From assembly GCA_043228905.1 (NCBI GenBank), contig JBHGNT010000007.1, forward strand, positions 3,844,001 through 3,908,000: a stretch of DNA of 64,000 bases, given 5' to 3'. Within the stretch, counting starts at the first letter, position 1; the number at the start of each line of letters is the position of its first letter. The stretch comes from Azolla caroliniana (lineage: Eukaryota; Plantae; Polypodiophyta). Below are positions 38,941 to 52,020 of this stretch, in pieces. Position numbers and translations under genes: made by a program. The notes under the pieces are model-generated. The model searched no databases and had not been told where the DNA came from. It saw nothing but the letters and a program-made list of their open reading frames with translations.

Positions 38941-41112
38941 GCGTAAAGGTCGGTGACATCGAGATAGATCAACATTTCTTCGTGCAGGAAACATCCTTGC
39001 ACCCGGTGATTCTCGGCGAACCATACATTACGGCAGCACGCATGGAGACGAAAGTGTTGGACAACGGTTCGGCATATGCGCGCGTCAAGAGCCTGGATGG
39101 TCGGCATTCCGTCCAATTCATGACCGTACGTCCGAACCATGAGAGGAATCGCGAGACCCTCGGCGGCGACAGCCGAGGGGATTTTTAGAGAGGGCTATCA
39201 AGGCGTGGGGCCGCGGTAGTCCGAACGTACCGGAAGAACCCCACACATGTACCATAGGTAGGAAATTTTGGTTCTCCGATAGCGGGAGAAGAAGAGGGCG
39301 GAGGAGCGACTTCGGGCATGCGGAGTCCTCAGCCCTGGAGAGGAAATCAACGGAGCCATGGAGGCGGTCTCTTTCAACGACACCTTGGGACAATTACGAG
39401 AGGTGGTCGGAGGAGGCCTTAAAGAGGACCGGACAATTCCGGTTAGTTCGATGGGAATGTACGAAGTCATCGCGGACTTCAGGGAAAGGATCGGGTCGGA
39501 TCGGACGGCCGCATGGATACAAACTACAAGACTGTGGACCGGAAGGTGAGGCCAGTCGCGGCACCCTTGCCGGAGGGCAACGAGGAGCGGATAAAAGGGG
39601 TCGCGTCGGACCCAAGTTTACGGAATCCGGCTGGCATAGGACACCGGTTCACCGACATAACGCTACGGGAGCTCAAGGTCGGTGGGGGTGGCTTTCTACT
39701 GCCAGCGGAGGAGGACAGGTTTCGGAGAATGCTTGGAAGGCATGGGAAAGCCTTCACGTTCTCGCTGGAGGAGGTCGGGTGCGTGGACCCGACGATCGTC
39801 GAACCGATGGTGATCTTCACGATACTGCATGTACCGTGGAATCTCAAACCAATTCCGGTGCCGAGAGCTCACATCCCGAAGTTGATGGAGCTTCTGAAGC
39901 AAAAGGTGGAGATGGGCATCCTCGAACCATTGAGTGCCCCATATTCGAATCGGTGGTTTACGGTGCCGAAGAAGAACGGCACGCTGCACTTCATTCAGGA
40001 CTTGCAACCGGTCAATAGGGTGACCATCCGTAATGCAGGAATCGGACCGACCATAGACGAGTTCGCGGAGACCTTCACTGGAAGGTCGATCCATTCGGTT
40101 GGTGACTTATACTCGGGGTACGACCAGTTCTAGCTAGCCGTGCAGAGCAGGGATATCACGACGATGCGAACTCCTCTCGGCCTAGTACGGATGTATCCCT
40201 ACCACAAGGCGGGACGAATTCAGTGGTGTATATGGTGAACGCAATGAACAAAATGCGGAGGGACTGCATTCCGGACATCACCATGCCATTCTTAGATGAC
40301 ATCCCAATCAGGGGATGCCCGGTGGAGGAAAAGGACGACACAATCGGACCGGACGGATGTCGCAATTTCGTGGCGAATCACATCGATGACTGCGAGAAGG
40401 TGCTGCAGAGACAAGAAGGCGAGGAGGCTCACCTTCTTCGGGGAAAAATCGGCCTTCGGGCAATCAGAGATCATGGTTGTCGGGCACCTATGCGGACCAT
40501 ACGGTCGGAAACCGTCTCCGGCCAAGGTGGAAGCCATCTCCACGATGAAGCATGACTGCAATTCGGTTACGGAGGTTCGGAGATTCTTCGGAGCATGCGC
40601 GTTCTCCCATATCTGGATCCCGCATTACGCCCACGTTGCGGAGCCGCTGTATGGGTTGCTGAAGAAAGGGCGTAAATTCGAGTGGGGAGACGAGCATACG
40701 GAGTCAGTCCGAAAGATGAAGGAAGCACTTGCCACAGCACCGGCGCTCCGAAAGGCTGTCTACGGCAAAGACACTCCGATTTACGTAACCGTAGACACGA
40801 GTCCGACCAGGATCGGATGGGTGATCAACCAAGAGGATGACGTTGGCACAAGGTTCCCCATCCGGTTCGGCACGAAGGTCCTCACTGAGTGACAGAGAGG
40901 ATACGCCCAGGTCAAACGCGAACTCTGGGTATTGTTTCGGCGGTAAAGGCCGATAAAGACTATCTGATCGGGACGAAAGTGATCATCGAGACGGACTACC
41001 TGCCAATTCTCGGCATGGTTTCCAGATGCGCGACGCCGGACCTAGCAATGCTCCGGTGGATAGCGTACATTAAGTCCCTGAACCCGGAGATACAGCACAT
41101 CTCCGGAAAGGA

Positions 41113-44100
41113 TGTTGAGAGACAAGCTCAACATCGGCCGGTTCGGCTGAAGAAGCCGAGGACCGGATCGGTTGGGACCGATCGGTTACGCCGAGTGCGT
41201 ACACCGGGAGGTCGTTAGGAAAGATATTCCGTGAGGAATATATTTGGGAGTTAGTGTAGGAGCTCTTGATGAGCATTGAAGTACTATCAGTACTTCGGTC
41301 AGTCCTTCTAGGACTTGTATAAAAATGTTCACTGAGCACATCTTATGTACAGACTGAGTATTATTATTGAATATAGTTTTCTGCATTCTCTCTCTCTCTG
41401 TCTCTCCCGCGTATACCGTGTAAGCCCAAGCTCTCCATTGAACCTGAGTTTCCTTCCTCTATTCTGTCTTCATACCTGCTTCCACACACTACTTTCTACA
41501 TGGTATCAGAGCGCGGGGTTGAGAACCTCTCTGCAGCCGACACAGCTTGACGAAGAAGAACAAGAAGAACGATGGATAGAGGCATGGCGAGCTCGCTTCC
41601 AACAGAGAAGCTCGACAGAACCAACTACGCGTCTTCATCCTACAAGATGCACCAGTACCTGCTCGGGCACGGCTACTAGAGTTATGTCGAAGGAGCTAAT
41701 GACGCGGCACCCGAATCGACACACAGAGACTTCCCGTCGTGGGAGCAATCGGCGAGCAGGGTATTATACTGCTTCGCGTCGTGTGTGGGCGAACAGTTAT
41801 TGAGCTATGTTCGGGATGGAAAGACGCCGAAGGGTGCGTGGGAAAATCTGAAGAAGATTTTCGCCGCGAGCACCATAGCCAGGAAGCTTCAGCTCCGACA
41901 GGAGTTGAGCAACCTACGACAACGCGATTTGTCGGTGGCGGACTATACCTCGAAGATCAAGGATATCTGCGACTCCCTCGCCTCCATAGAGGTGAACATC
42001 GAGGAGAGCGAGATGGTCCAGATCTGTCTCGGAGGTTTGGCGTCGAAGTTCGGAGCGTTCCGAACGGTTGTGTGTACCCGGGAGAATACGTCGTCATTTT
42101 TCGACTTACAGTCGATGCTCATGGTAGAGGAGAACCACGTGGGTGCATCTACAAGCACGCACGCCGACAGCAGAATGTTGTACACTGAGGGAGATACGCC
42201 CCGTGGACGTGGACGACGAGGTGAGTCGGGGCGCAATGAAGGCGGCCAACGAGATCAAGGAAGAAGGCACCGAAGTGATGCCGACAGCAACTCCGGACCC
42301 TTCGGAAACAGGGGGAGTCAAAGCGATGAGAACCGGCAAGGGAAGTCCATCGCGGAGTGCTAGTACTGTGGCAAGAAAGGCCACAGGGAAAGTGAGTGTT
42401 GGAAGAAGCGCGCTGATTCGGAGAGAACTGGTTCCGGGAACGGCTCCAGACATACCGACAAGGGAAATCGGCAGGGATCGCACTACGCCGAAGACTCAGG
42501 GAGAGCCGGAGAAGGGACTGCCTTCGTGACGAGACACGAAGCAAACTCAATGAAGCAGACCACCCCGAGATCGGACGAGGTGTGGTACGTAGACTCCGGC
42601 GCATCAAACCACATGAAGAGCCATAAGGAGTGTTTCTCGTACCTTGAAAAACCGATACAACCTGGAGTAGTCGCAACAGGAGACGACACTCCGCATCCAC
42701 TCGCGAATGTCGGAGAAATTCCCCTTAGCCCTGTCGGGCAGAAAGGGAAACTCATGAACGTGTTGCACGTCCCGACAATCACAAAGAACTTGGTCTCGGT
42801 CGGACAGATCGTCGACCAAGGGATGGAGGTTCGGTTTACACACCTCGGGTGCTTCATTGAGGAAGAAGGCCGTGTGATTGCGCAAGGGCGCAGAGACGGG
42901 AGGATGTTCATCCTCGACTCCACTGACGGCGGCACCGCAATGTTCGCGAAGGGACAAAAGACCGAGTCGGACATCGACTTGTGGCACAAGCGGATAGACC
43001 ACGTCAACCACCAACGGCTTCAAGATCTGCAATCAAAACAGGTAGTATTCGGATTGCCCAAATTTAGTGGCCGAAAGGCACAAATTTGTGAAGCCTGCCA
43101 GCTCGAGAAGCAACACCGACTTCCTTTCCCCAACGAGCGAAATTGGAGCCAGAATAAGCTCGACCTTATACACTCCGATGTATGGGGGCCGACACAAAAC
43201 GTTAGTCTTGGCGGGAGCCGATATTTCGTCTCCTTCATCGACGACCACACGCGGCACACGTGGCTCTACCTCATTGAGAGGAAGAGCGAAGTCTTCGACT
43301 GTTTCCGGGACCTCAAAGGGTTCGTGAAACGGAAACGGGACGAAAGATCAAGTGTTTGTGGTCGGATGGCCGGAAAGAGTACTTTTCCGGTCAATTCAAC
43401 GGTTATCTACAACAAATGGGAATTCGGCGCGAATTCAGTTGTAGATACACGCCAGAGCAGAACGGCGTGGCTGAGAGAAAGAATCGGTCAGTTGTGGAAG
43501 CGGCACGGACAATGCTGGAGGAGAAGAGCTTGCCCAAGTTCTACTGGGCCGAGGCGGTAAGGACCGCGGTATACATCCAAAACCGGATCGGAGACAAAGT
43601 GTCGGCGCACGAGCTATATTTCGAAACGAAGCCGAACTTGCGTCACTTGAGGGTGTTCGGTAGCATTGCGTATTTGCATGTATCGAAGGAGAAAAGGAGG
43701 AAGCTGGACGCAAAGGCCGAGAAAAGCATCTTGGTCAGTTACTCGGACGAGCAGAAGGGTTATAAGTGTTATAACCCTCGCACCAAACAAGCGCGTGTCA
43801 ACCGCGACGTTGTGTTTTACGAGTCCGCGTCCTGGTACCTGCCCCCGACTACGAACCTCGACTTCAATCCGAGCTCTGACGATGAGGTCAGCGAGGCCGA
43901 GATGCCTCCGGATGAGCCCAAAATCAAGACCCGCGAAGAGAGTCCGATTTCGCTCCATTTAAGTGGACCAATTGGACGACTGAGTCGGTACGACCAGTCC
44001 GATGAAGAGCCAGCGAGTAGCCCAGGAGGCCGAGGAGACGGCTTATGCGCAAAGAGAAAGGGAAGAAGAAGGTGTCGGATTCCGGCACGGAAAGGAACGA

Positions 44101-46754
44101 GTCAGACCGACGCGAGTCCGACTCCGAGGGAACCGGTGATGGGTCTTTAAAGGTGAAGGCCGCGTCGACTAAGAAGGCCTCGACATCGGCTAATGTGAGA
44201 TTACGCCGATCTACCCGCCAGAAGAATCATGTTTTGCAGTTCGGATACAACGAATACATGGTGCATCATTATGCGTACATGATCCGTGTAGCGGAAGTGC
44301 GTGAGCCGGAGAGCTACGCAGAAGCGGCAACGGACGCGAATTGGTGCGCCACGATGGAGGAAGAGATGCACGCATTGGCGGAGAACGAGACCTGGGACCT
44401 GGTTGACGCACCGTAGGGTGTGAAGCCGATCGGGTGTAGATGGGTGTATAAAGTCAAGTACAACACCGATGGCTCGGTCAACCGGTACAAGGCTCGGCTA
44501 GTGGCAAAGGGCTACGCGCAGAAACACGGCATTGACTACGATGAGACGTTTGCGCCGGTCGCGAAAATGACGACCGTCCGTGTTTTGCTCGCAGTAGCCG
44601 CAGCCAAGGGGTGGCACCTACATCAGATGGATGTAAAGAATGCGTTCCGGCAATGTGACCTTGAGGAACAGGTGTACATGGTACAGTCCCCCGGATTTCA
44701 CTTTGGAACGAACTCCTCGGCAATATGCCGACTGAAGAAGTCCCTTTACTGACTGAAGCAAGCCCCGCGTGCCTGGAACGCGAAGATCACGCAACAACTG
44801 CGTCGGTTGGGCTTCGTCACGTCAAAATTGGACTCTTCCCTATTCATCCGGAAAGGTCGACTCGGACCGGTTAGTATTTTACTGTATGTTGATGACTTGG
44901 TCATCACCGGCGCCGACCTAGGTGAAATCGACCGCGTGAAGCTCCAGCTTGCGGCATCGTTCGACATGAAGGATCTGGGGGACCTTCATTACTTCCTCGA
45001 GATCGAAGTGATCCGTACCCCTGAAGGCATATTGATCAGCCAACGTCATTACGTGCTGAGTATGCTCTTCAAACTCGGGATGGCCGAATGTAAGCCCATC
45101 TCGACTCCTCTGGACAGAACCGTCAAGCTTCGTCCCGATACGGGAAAGGTATGCGACCTGACGAGGTTCCGACAAATTGTCGGTAGCCTCATATACTTGA
45201 CCATCACCCGACCCGACCTCAGTTATCCGGTCGGAGTGATCAGTCAGTTCATGGCGCGACCTACCGAGGAGCACCTTCAGTGTGCGCAACGCGTACTTCG
45301 GTACGTAAGCGGCACTAAGGACCGCGGACTGCTATATCGGACCGGTGCAGCCGCGCAGTTAGTCGGCTACACCGATGCTGATTGGGCTGGCAACGCCGTC
45401 AATCGCTGATCCACGTCTGGATACGCGTTCTCCCTCGGGAGTGCCGCGATCGCGTGGTGCAGTAAGAAGCAGCCGGCAGTTGCTCTGTCAAGCACCGAAG
45501 CTGAGTACCGAGGAGCGGCTGTCGCGACATGCGAAGCCATATGGTTGAAGCGGCTACTTAAGGACCTGCAAGAGGAGGTGACCGATCCAACGATGATCTA
45601 CTGCGACAACCTCAACAGCATCCAACTCGCGAAGAACCCCGTCTTCCACGCACAGACCAAGCACATTGAGGTGCACTACCATTTCGTCCGTGAGCGTGTC
45701 CTTTCCGGTGAAGTCGAACTTCAGTACGTTCCGACGGATCGGCAGGCTGCCGACATCTTCACCAAGCCTCTTGGTCTGGACAAGTTGCGGCAATTCTCAG
45801 GTGCACTCAGGTTGCGTCACCTTGACGTGCCGAACTTGAGGGGGAGAACAGTCCCGAACGACCAAGCAAGGCAGCAGGAAAGGAGCGGACACCGCGACAC
45901 CGAGTCGGTTGACAAGTTCGACATCGGATCGGCTGAAGAAGCCGAGGGCGGACCCGCGGAAAAGTTCGGAAGCAGACAGAAGGGGAGCAACCGAAGGAGA
46001 GAGCCGAAGCCAACCACGCATGAGGAAGATGACACCATCGAAGGCGAGAAGACCGAAGACGAGTTGGAGACAGCCAACTCGGGCGAGAGCGAAAACCGAT
46101 CGGAGGTAGCCAAGTCGGTTCAGATGTTTGATTCAGACACGTTGAATCAACCGAGGCCCAAGCGGAAGAAAAGGCAGTAGAAGAAGTGTCGACACCGCAA
46201 TAGCAAAAGACCTGATAAGGGCCGCATAAGCAGACGAGCCGACCGGAAGGGTCGAAGCGCGCGGAGTCGAACAAGTCGAGGAGCGCGAGCGAGGCGTGAA
46301 GCCAGGAGGAACCGGAGTTGTGAGCCCGAGGATCCCGAAGAGCCTCGAGTTGAGCTTGAGGGGGAGTGTTGAGAGACAAGCTCAACATCGGCCGGTTCGG
46401 CTGAAGAAGCCGAGGACCGGATCGGTTGGGACCGATCGGTTAGGCCGAGTGCGTACACCGGGAGGTCGTTAGGAAAGATATTCAGTGAGGAATATATTTG
46501 GGAGTTAGTGTAGGAGCTCTTGATGAGCATTGAAGTACTATCAGTACTTCGGTTAGTCCTTCTAGGACTTGTATAAAAATGTTCACTGAGCACGTCTTAT
46601 GTACAGACTGAGTATTATTATTGAATATAGTTTTCTGCATTCTCTCTCTCTCTGTCTCTCCCGCGTATACCGTGTAAGCCCAAGCTCTCCATTGAACCTG
46701 AGTTTCCTTCCTCTGTTCTGTCTTCATGCCTGCTTCCGCATGCTACTTTCTACA
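41113..46754 (+). mobile_element. Full-length copia E (LTRs 41113-41500 and 46367-46754), ORF disrupted
   Basis: TSD AAGGA/AAGGA; PBS TGGTATCAGAGC 41501-41512; PPT TGAGGGGGAG; gag-PR-IN-RT-RH with stops and frameshifts; about 9 LTR mismatches in 388 bp by eye. Confidence 0.96.
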
Positions 46755-46822
46755 AAGGATAAAGCCATGGCCGACATGCTTTCGAGAGCGAGGTTCAACG
46801 ACGAAGACGGCATTGTTTCGGA

Positions 46823-46922
46823 NNNNNNNNNNNNNNNNNNNNNNNNNNNNNNNNNNNNNNNNNNNNNNNNNNNNNNNNNNNNNNNNNNNNNNNNNNNNNN
46901 NNNNNNNNNNNNNNNNNNNNNN
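46823..46922. other. Assembly gap (100 N)
   Basis: Run of 100 N. Confidence 1.
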
Positions 46923-49900
46923 CAATCGTCTCATCCTTGTCCTCCACCGGACATCCCTTTATCGGTATGTCTTCCAAAAACGGCATGGTGATGTCTAGGA
47001 TGCAATCCCTCAGTACTTTATTCATCGCATTCACCATGTGCACCACTGAGTTCGTTCCTCCTTGCGGCAGGGTACACATCCGCACTAAGCCGAGAGGAGT
47101 CCGCATCGTTGTGATATCTCTGCTCTCTACGACTAGCTGGAACTGGTCGTAGCCCGAGTATAGATCCCCGACCGAGTAGATCGACCTTCCGGCGAAGGCC
47201 TCCGCAAATTCATCTATGGTTAGTCCGACACTTGTGTTACGAATGGTCACCTTATTGACCGGCTGCAGGTCTTGAATGAAGCGCAACGTGCCGTTTTTCT
47301 TTGGCACAGTGAACCACCGATTCGAATATGGGGCGCTCGACGGCTCGAGGACTCCCATCGCCACTTTCTGCTTCAATAGCTCCATCAGCTTCGGGATGTG
47401 AGCTCTGGGTACTGGAATCGGCTTGAGATTCCATGACACATGCGGCACCGTGAATATCACCATTGGCTCTACCATCGTCGGGTCTACGCACCTGATCTCC
47501 TCCGGTGAGAATGCGAAGGCCTTTTTGGCCTCCCGAGCATTCTCCGAAACCGGTCCTCCTCCGCCGGAAGTAGAAAGCCACCCCCATTGACCTTGAGCTC
47601 TCGTAGCGTTATGTTGGTAAACTAGTGTCCTATGCCGGCCGGATCTCGTAAACTCAGGTCCGACGCGACCCCTTTCATCCGTAGCTCACTGCCCTCCAGC
47701 AAGGGTGCCGCGACTGGCCTCACCTTCCAGTCCACAGTCTTGTACTTCGTATCCACGCAAGCTGTCCGATCCGACCTGATCCTCTCCCCAAAGTCCGCGA
47801 TGACTTCGTACATCTCTACCGAGCTAACCAAAATTGTTCGGTCTTCGCTAAGGCCTTCTTTGACCAGCTTGCATAGTTCCCCCAAGGTGTCGTCGAAAGA
47901 GACCACCTCCACGGCACCACTAATCTCTTCACCGGGGTGGAGAGCTCTGCACGACCTGAGCCGCTCCTCCACCCTCTTCGTCTCCCGGACATTGATGCCA
48001 GTTAATGTATAGCATCCATTGTCGGAGAGCCAAAATTTCCTACCTACTATACATGTGTGGGGTTCCTCTAGACTATCGCGGCCCCACGCCTTGATAGCCC
48101 TTTCTGAAAATCCCCCAGGCTATCGCCGCTGAGGGTCTCGCGGTTACGCTCATGATTTGGTCATACGGCCAGGAATTAGACGGAGTGCCGTCCATCTTGA
48201 CTCTTTACGCGTGCATACGCCGAACCGTTGTAAAGCACCTTTGTCTCCATGTGCACCGTCGTGATGTATGGTTCGCCGAGTATCACCGGGTGTGAGGATG
48301 TCTCCTGCACAAAGAAGTGTTGATCAATCTCGACGTCACCAATCTTCAAGCGTACATTCGGGCACACTTGATGCAGTTCCTCTGTAGCACGCGTCGCCGC
48401 CCGTATCTTCCACCCGTGCTTGGTGTTGATCGACCATTTCCCTTTTTTGTAAAAATCCATGCACATCAGATTTATTTTGGACCCATGGTCTATGAACGCC
48501 ACCACTGGCTCTTGCACGTCCCCGATCCGAACAAGGGTCTCTCCGGTTCTAGCTCTGTGGAGAGCCGTTTGCGCTTCACCAAGTCCACAATGGAGTCATG
48601 GAACTCCTTCTTGGTGATTCCGAGCACCTCCCTCAGCGACAACTCCACCTTGTTGTCGAGGATCCGTTCTTCGAGGACCTTCTGCAGGTCCTTCGTTCTC
48701 TCTATCTCGGTGCTTAGCCGGTAACCGGCCGGCTTGGCTTTGTCTGGCATGTCGGGATTGCCGGCATCGCTCTTCTTTGGGCTGAACAGGGTCTCATACC
48801 TTTGCGAGGGACCTGCCTGTCCAGCCTTCCCCACGCGCTTGTCATCCACCAGAAACTCGTAGTTCTGACATGTGGCTTCCACGAAGCCAGACTTTTCCTC
48901 GACCGGGTCGTCCCATTCGGTGACCACCCGAATCCGTTGCTATGCCCGCTCCACCTCTTCCTTCTTCAACTGAACCCCGGAGAAGCCTTCTAGTACCAGC
49001 GGCCAGAACCCAGCGTATTTCGCCTTCTGTCCCTCATTTCCCCCGACCCGGATACCTGCTGACGTCGCGTAATTAACGGCCTCCGCATGCCGCGCCACGA
49101 CTTCTTCCATCAACCTCTTCATCCCGCCACGCTCGATGTTCAACTCTAGGGCTTTCCGTGTTTCTCTTGCGTACACCCGCCCGCTCCAGAGGTACACCAC
49201 GTTAGTCCTCAGAGCCTCTGCGAAGTCCACGCACTCTTTCCGGATGTGACCGGCCGCGTAACACCACATGCATCGTTGTCCCGGCAGTGGCCTCCATTCG
49301 CGAAGCGGCTCCCCGCTATCTCTCCGGGCTTGCGCAATCTGGAGGTCGCGCACCATTTGCGTTAGTTCTTCCAAAGTTGTTCCTCCGGAAGGACCCTTGA
49401 CCACTCCGCTTGGGGCTGGGCCCGTCTCAAGCCAACCCCGACTATCTTCCTTCTGCACCAGCGAAGGCTCATCGAGCCTTCTCGCCGGGACGGGCCTTGC
49501 TACCGATGACCCCTCACCACCCCACTCACGCCGTTTGTTAAAACGGCTACAGACTCTCTTCACGACGGCCCAATCGGCCGTGAGCCCGTCATCCGTCTCC
49601 AGCAAGAGACCCACCTGATCTCGATCCCGCGCGTCCACGGCTTTGACAAACAACAAGACGCGGCTTGTGTCCAGCACAGTCCTATCCAACACTGAGAGCC
49701 GTGTGAAGCATTCTTCAAACTCCCGGAGAAGCGCGTATGCGTTTCTCCCCTTTCCGGGAGTCTCCACCCAATCCATGAATTCCCGCTTTGACAACCGAAG
49801 TGGATCATCGAGCCCGTATTTTTCGAGGAGCCGCCCTTCAAACTCTTCCTAGGTCCGGCATCCAGCCTGTACCTCGAGCACCTTTGCATGGATGCCCGAT

Positions 49901-50855
49901 GTTACCACCCAAGGGAATCCGGCTAATCGCTTGTCCTCCAAAATGTCCCTCATTACCATCTCGGCTCGATAGGCCTCCAAGTAGCTCGTAGCATCTTTTC
50001 CACCGAACCAGCTTATCGCACCGACAATCGCTTCAATGGCCCTATCTAGGGTGCCCGTGCCCTCGCGAGTGTTTACTATACGATCGACCATTGTAGCCAT
50101 GGCCTTGGCGAGCTCTGATCCTCTCATCTTCGACCCCTCTGCCGCCTTGTTTCACATCGGGTTCACCAAATATATGTCGTGTTGTACCGCTCACAGAAGA
50201 GAACCAAGGCGGGACCCTAGAGGCCCTGAACCGAGGAGCAAAATTGTGGCGAGGGAGAGATATACGAACACGTCGGCCGACTAGGCTTGTTCCCTACCGA
50301 AGCACCTACCCGCGGGACGAATCCCAAACGTATGCACCAACCAACCAAGGTTCACACTTGTGGAAAGGGAAAATTGCAGAGACGCGGAGACACAGAAATG
50401 ACTTTAACGAATAAAGAAGATTACAAAGATCGCAAGATTCAACTGGCAGTCGATATCTAACCCAAGAGAAAACAGAGAACGACTGTGGAGCCCCTGACGG
50501 AAGCGCACGGGCTTTCACGTGATAGAGGCGACTGCCACAAAGATCTGCAGATGACCACTAAAGACAGAAGGAGGAGAGAGAGCTCAGTTCCCGGACCGAC
50601 AACACTTCGTCCTCACCCCAAAAACGCGATATCCTCTTAGTCTTCTCCCCTCCCCTTATATAGGCAACCAGGGAGAGACCGTTACAGAGATTCACACTGA
50701 ATTCCTAGGTAATTAATGCGCACAACCTAGTATATATTACATCAGTCGAATAAATCCTAAATATGTACAAGTTTATAAATCATGTGCACATGTGTAAGGG
50801 CCGATTCACGCGTATATCCCTTGGATTCCTTCTATGGCCGGTTTTCTCCACGACA
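46923..50855 (-). mobile_element. Duplicate of the G1 5' half (RT start, PR, gag, 5' LTR 50175-50855)
   Basis: Same sequence as 17720-21652. Confidence 0.93.
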
Positions 50856-52020
50856 CCGTCCAAGCTCTACTGAGCTAAGTGGACCACACGAGCCTTCAAG
50901 TCTTCCAAACGCATCTCAATTAGGGGCTAGATCAGACAAAGGCAAAGGTAAGATGCCCGAATACGAAGTCGATCACCCCGATGACAGTGATTCGGATGTG
51001 TCGGCTCCCTCACTAGATAGTGAGTTTGGTGTACCCATCATGTGTACACCCGAAGTAAACAAGGCGCTCACATTGGCGAGCGAAAAACTTTGACGCTCAT
51101 CTAGAGTAAAGAATCCCGTCACTCGGCTCGGCTACAACGAGTATATGGCCCATCATTATGCCTTCGTGATGAAGGTAGCGGCCGAACAAGAGCCGGAGAA
51201 CTCTACAGAAGTGGCTTGTGACCCACAATGGGTGAAAGCAGTCGACCCAAGCCGTCATCACATGCTTGAGGGGGAGGATCTGAAACTGCCATGAAAATGC
51301 TGACGTCAAAATCCGGACAACACTGAAAGCAGAACCTATCGGACGCCTAACACTTGAGCTTGAGATATCAAGCTCAACTAGATTTAGTTAGTTAGTCAAC
51401 ACACGCAACTTAGTAGTTACCTAGATAGAATCTAGTTAGTGTGTTGACCTTAAAGCCTTAAATAGGATTTTGTACTCGAGTGGGATACATTGTAGATCCT
51501 CCACTCCCATGATCATTTAATATAGGACTGTAAAGAATCGGGTATGATTCTTGTGTAGCGGAAGAGATGTGTGTTATGTGTATGTATGAGAGGAATTAGA
51601 GGAGCGAAGAGAGAACTGTACAAGATAGATAGAAAAGGGAATATTCAAGAAGAAGTTGTATATTCACAACGAGAATAAGAATTACAAAATGTAGCATTAC
51701 AAGGAGTCACAACCGACTTAGTGTGAAGTATGAGGAGGGTGCTTTATATATAGTCACCCTCTCTCTTCATTAACTAACTACAACCACTCTCTCTTGGGGA
51801 ATGTGAAGACTCATAGTCATGGGGAATATGTAACTCCTTAGTTATGTGTCATAGAATATGATTCTATGACACATTGTTAATGTGTAGAGAGTAGTGGTGT
51901 GACTCTTGACCTTTGACTAATCATAGATTCTCAAAAGGTGTGTTCACAAGTTGCACTATGTTGAGCTTGATTCTTAACACGCCCCCTCAAGCTCAACTCG
52001 GGTTGGTTCCTTTCGATTGA

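Larger units (their letters stand above)
36773..46822 (+). mobile_element. Gypsy G2 (3' end of 5' LTR, gag, PR, RT, RH), interrupted by a mini-LTR and copia E, cut by the gap
   Basis: LTR end ..AACGCGACA at 36849; PBS 36854-36871; ORF pieces homologous to G1; resumes at 46760 (KAMADMLSRARF). Confidence 0.92.
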
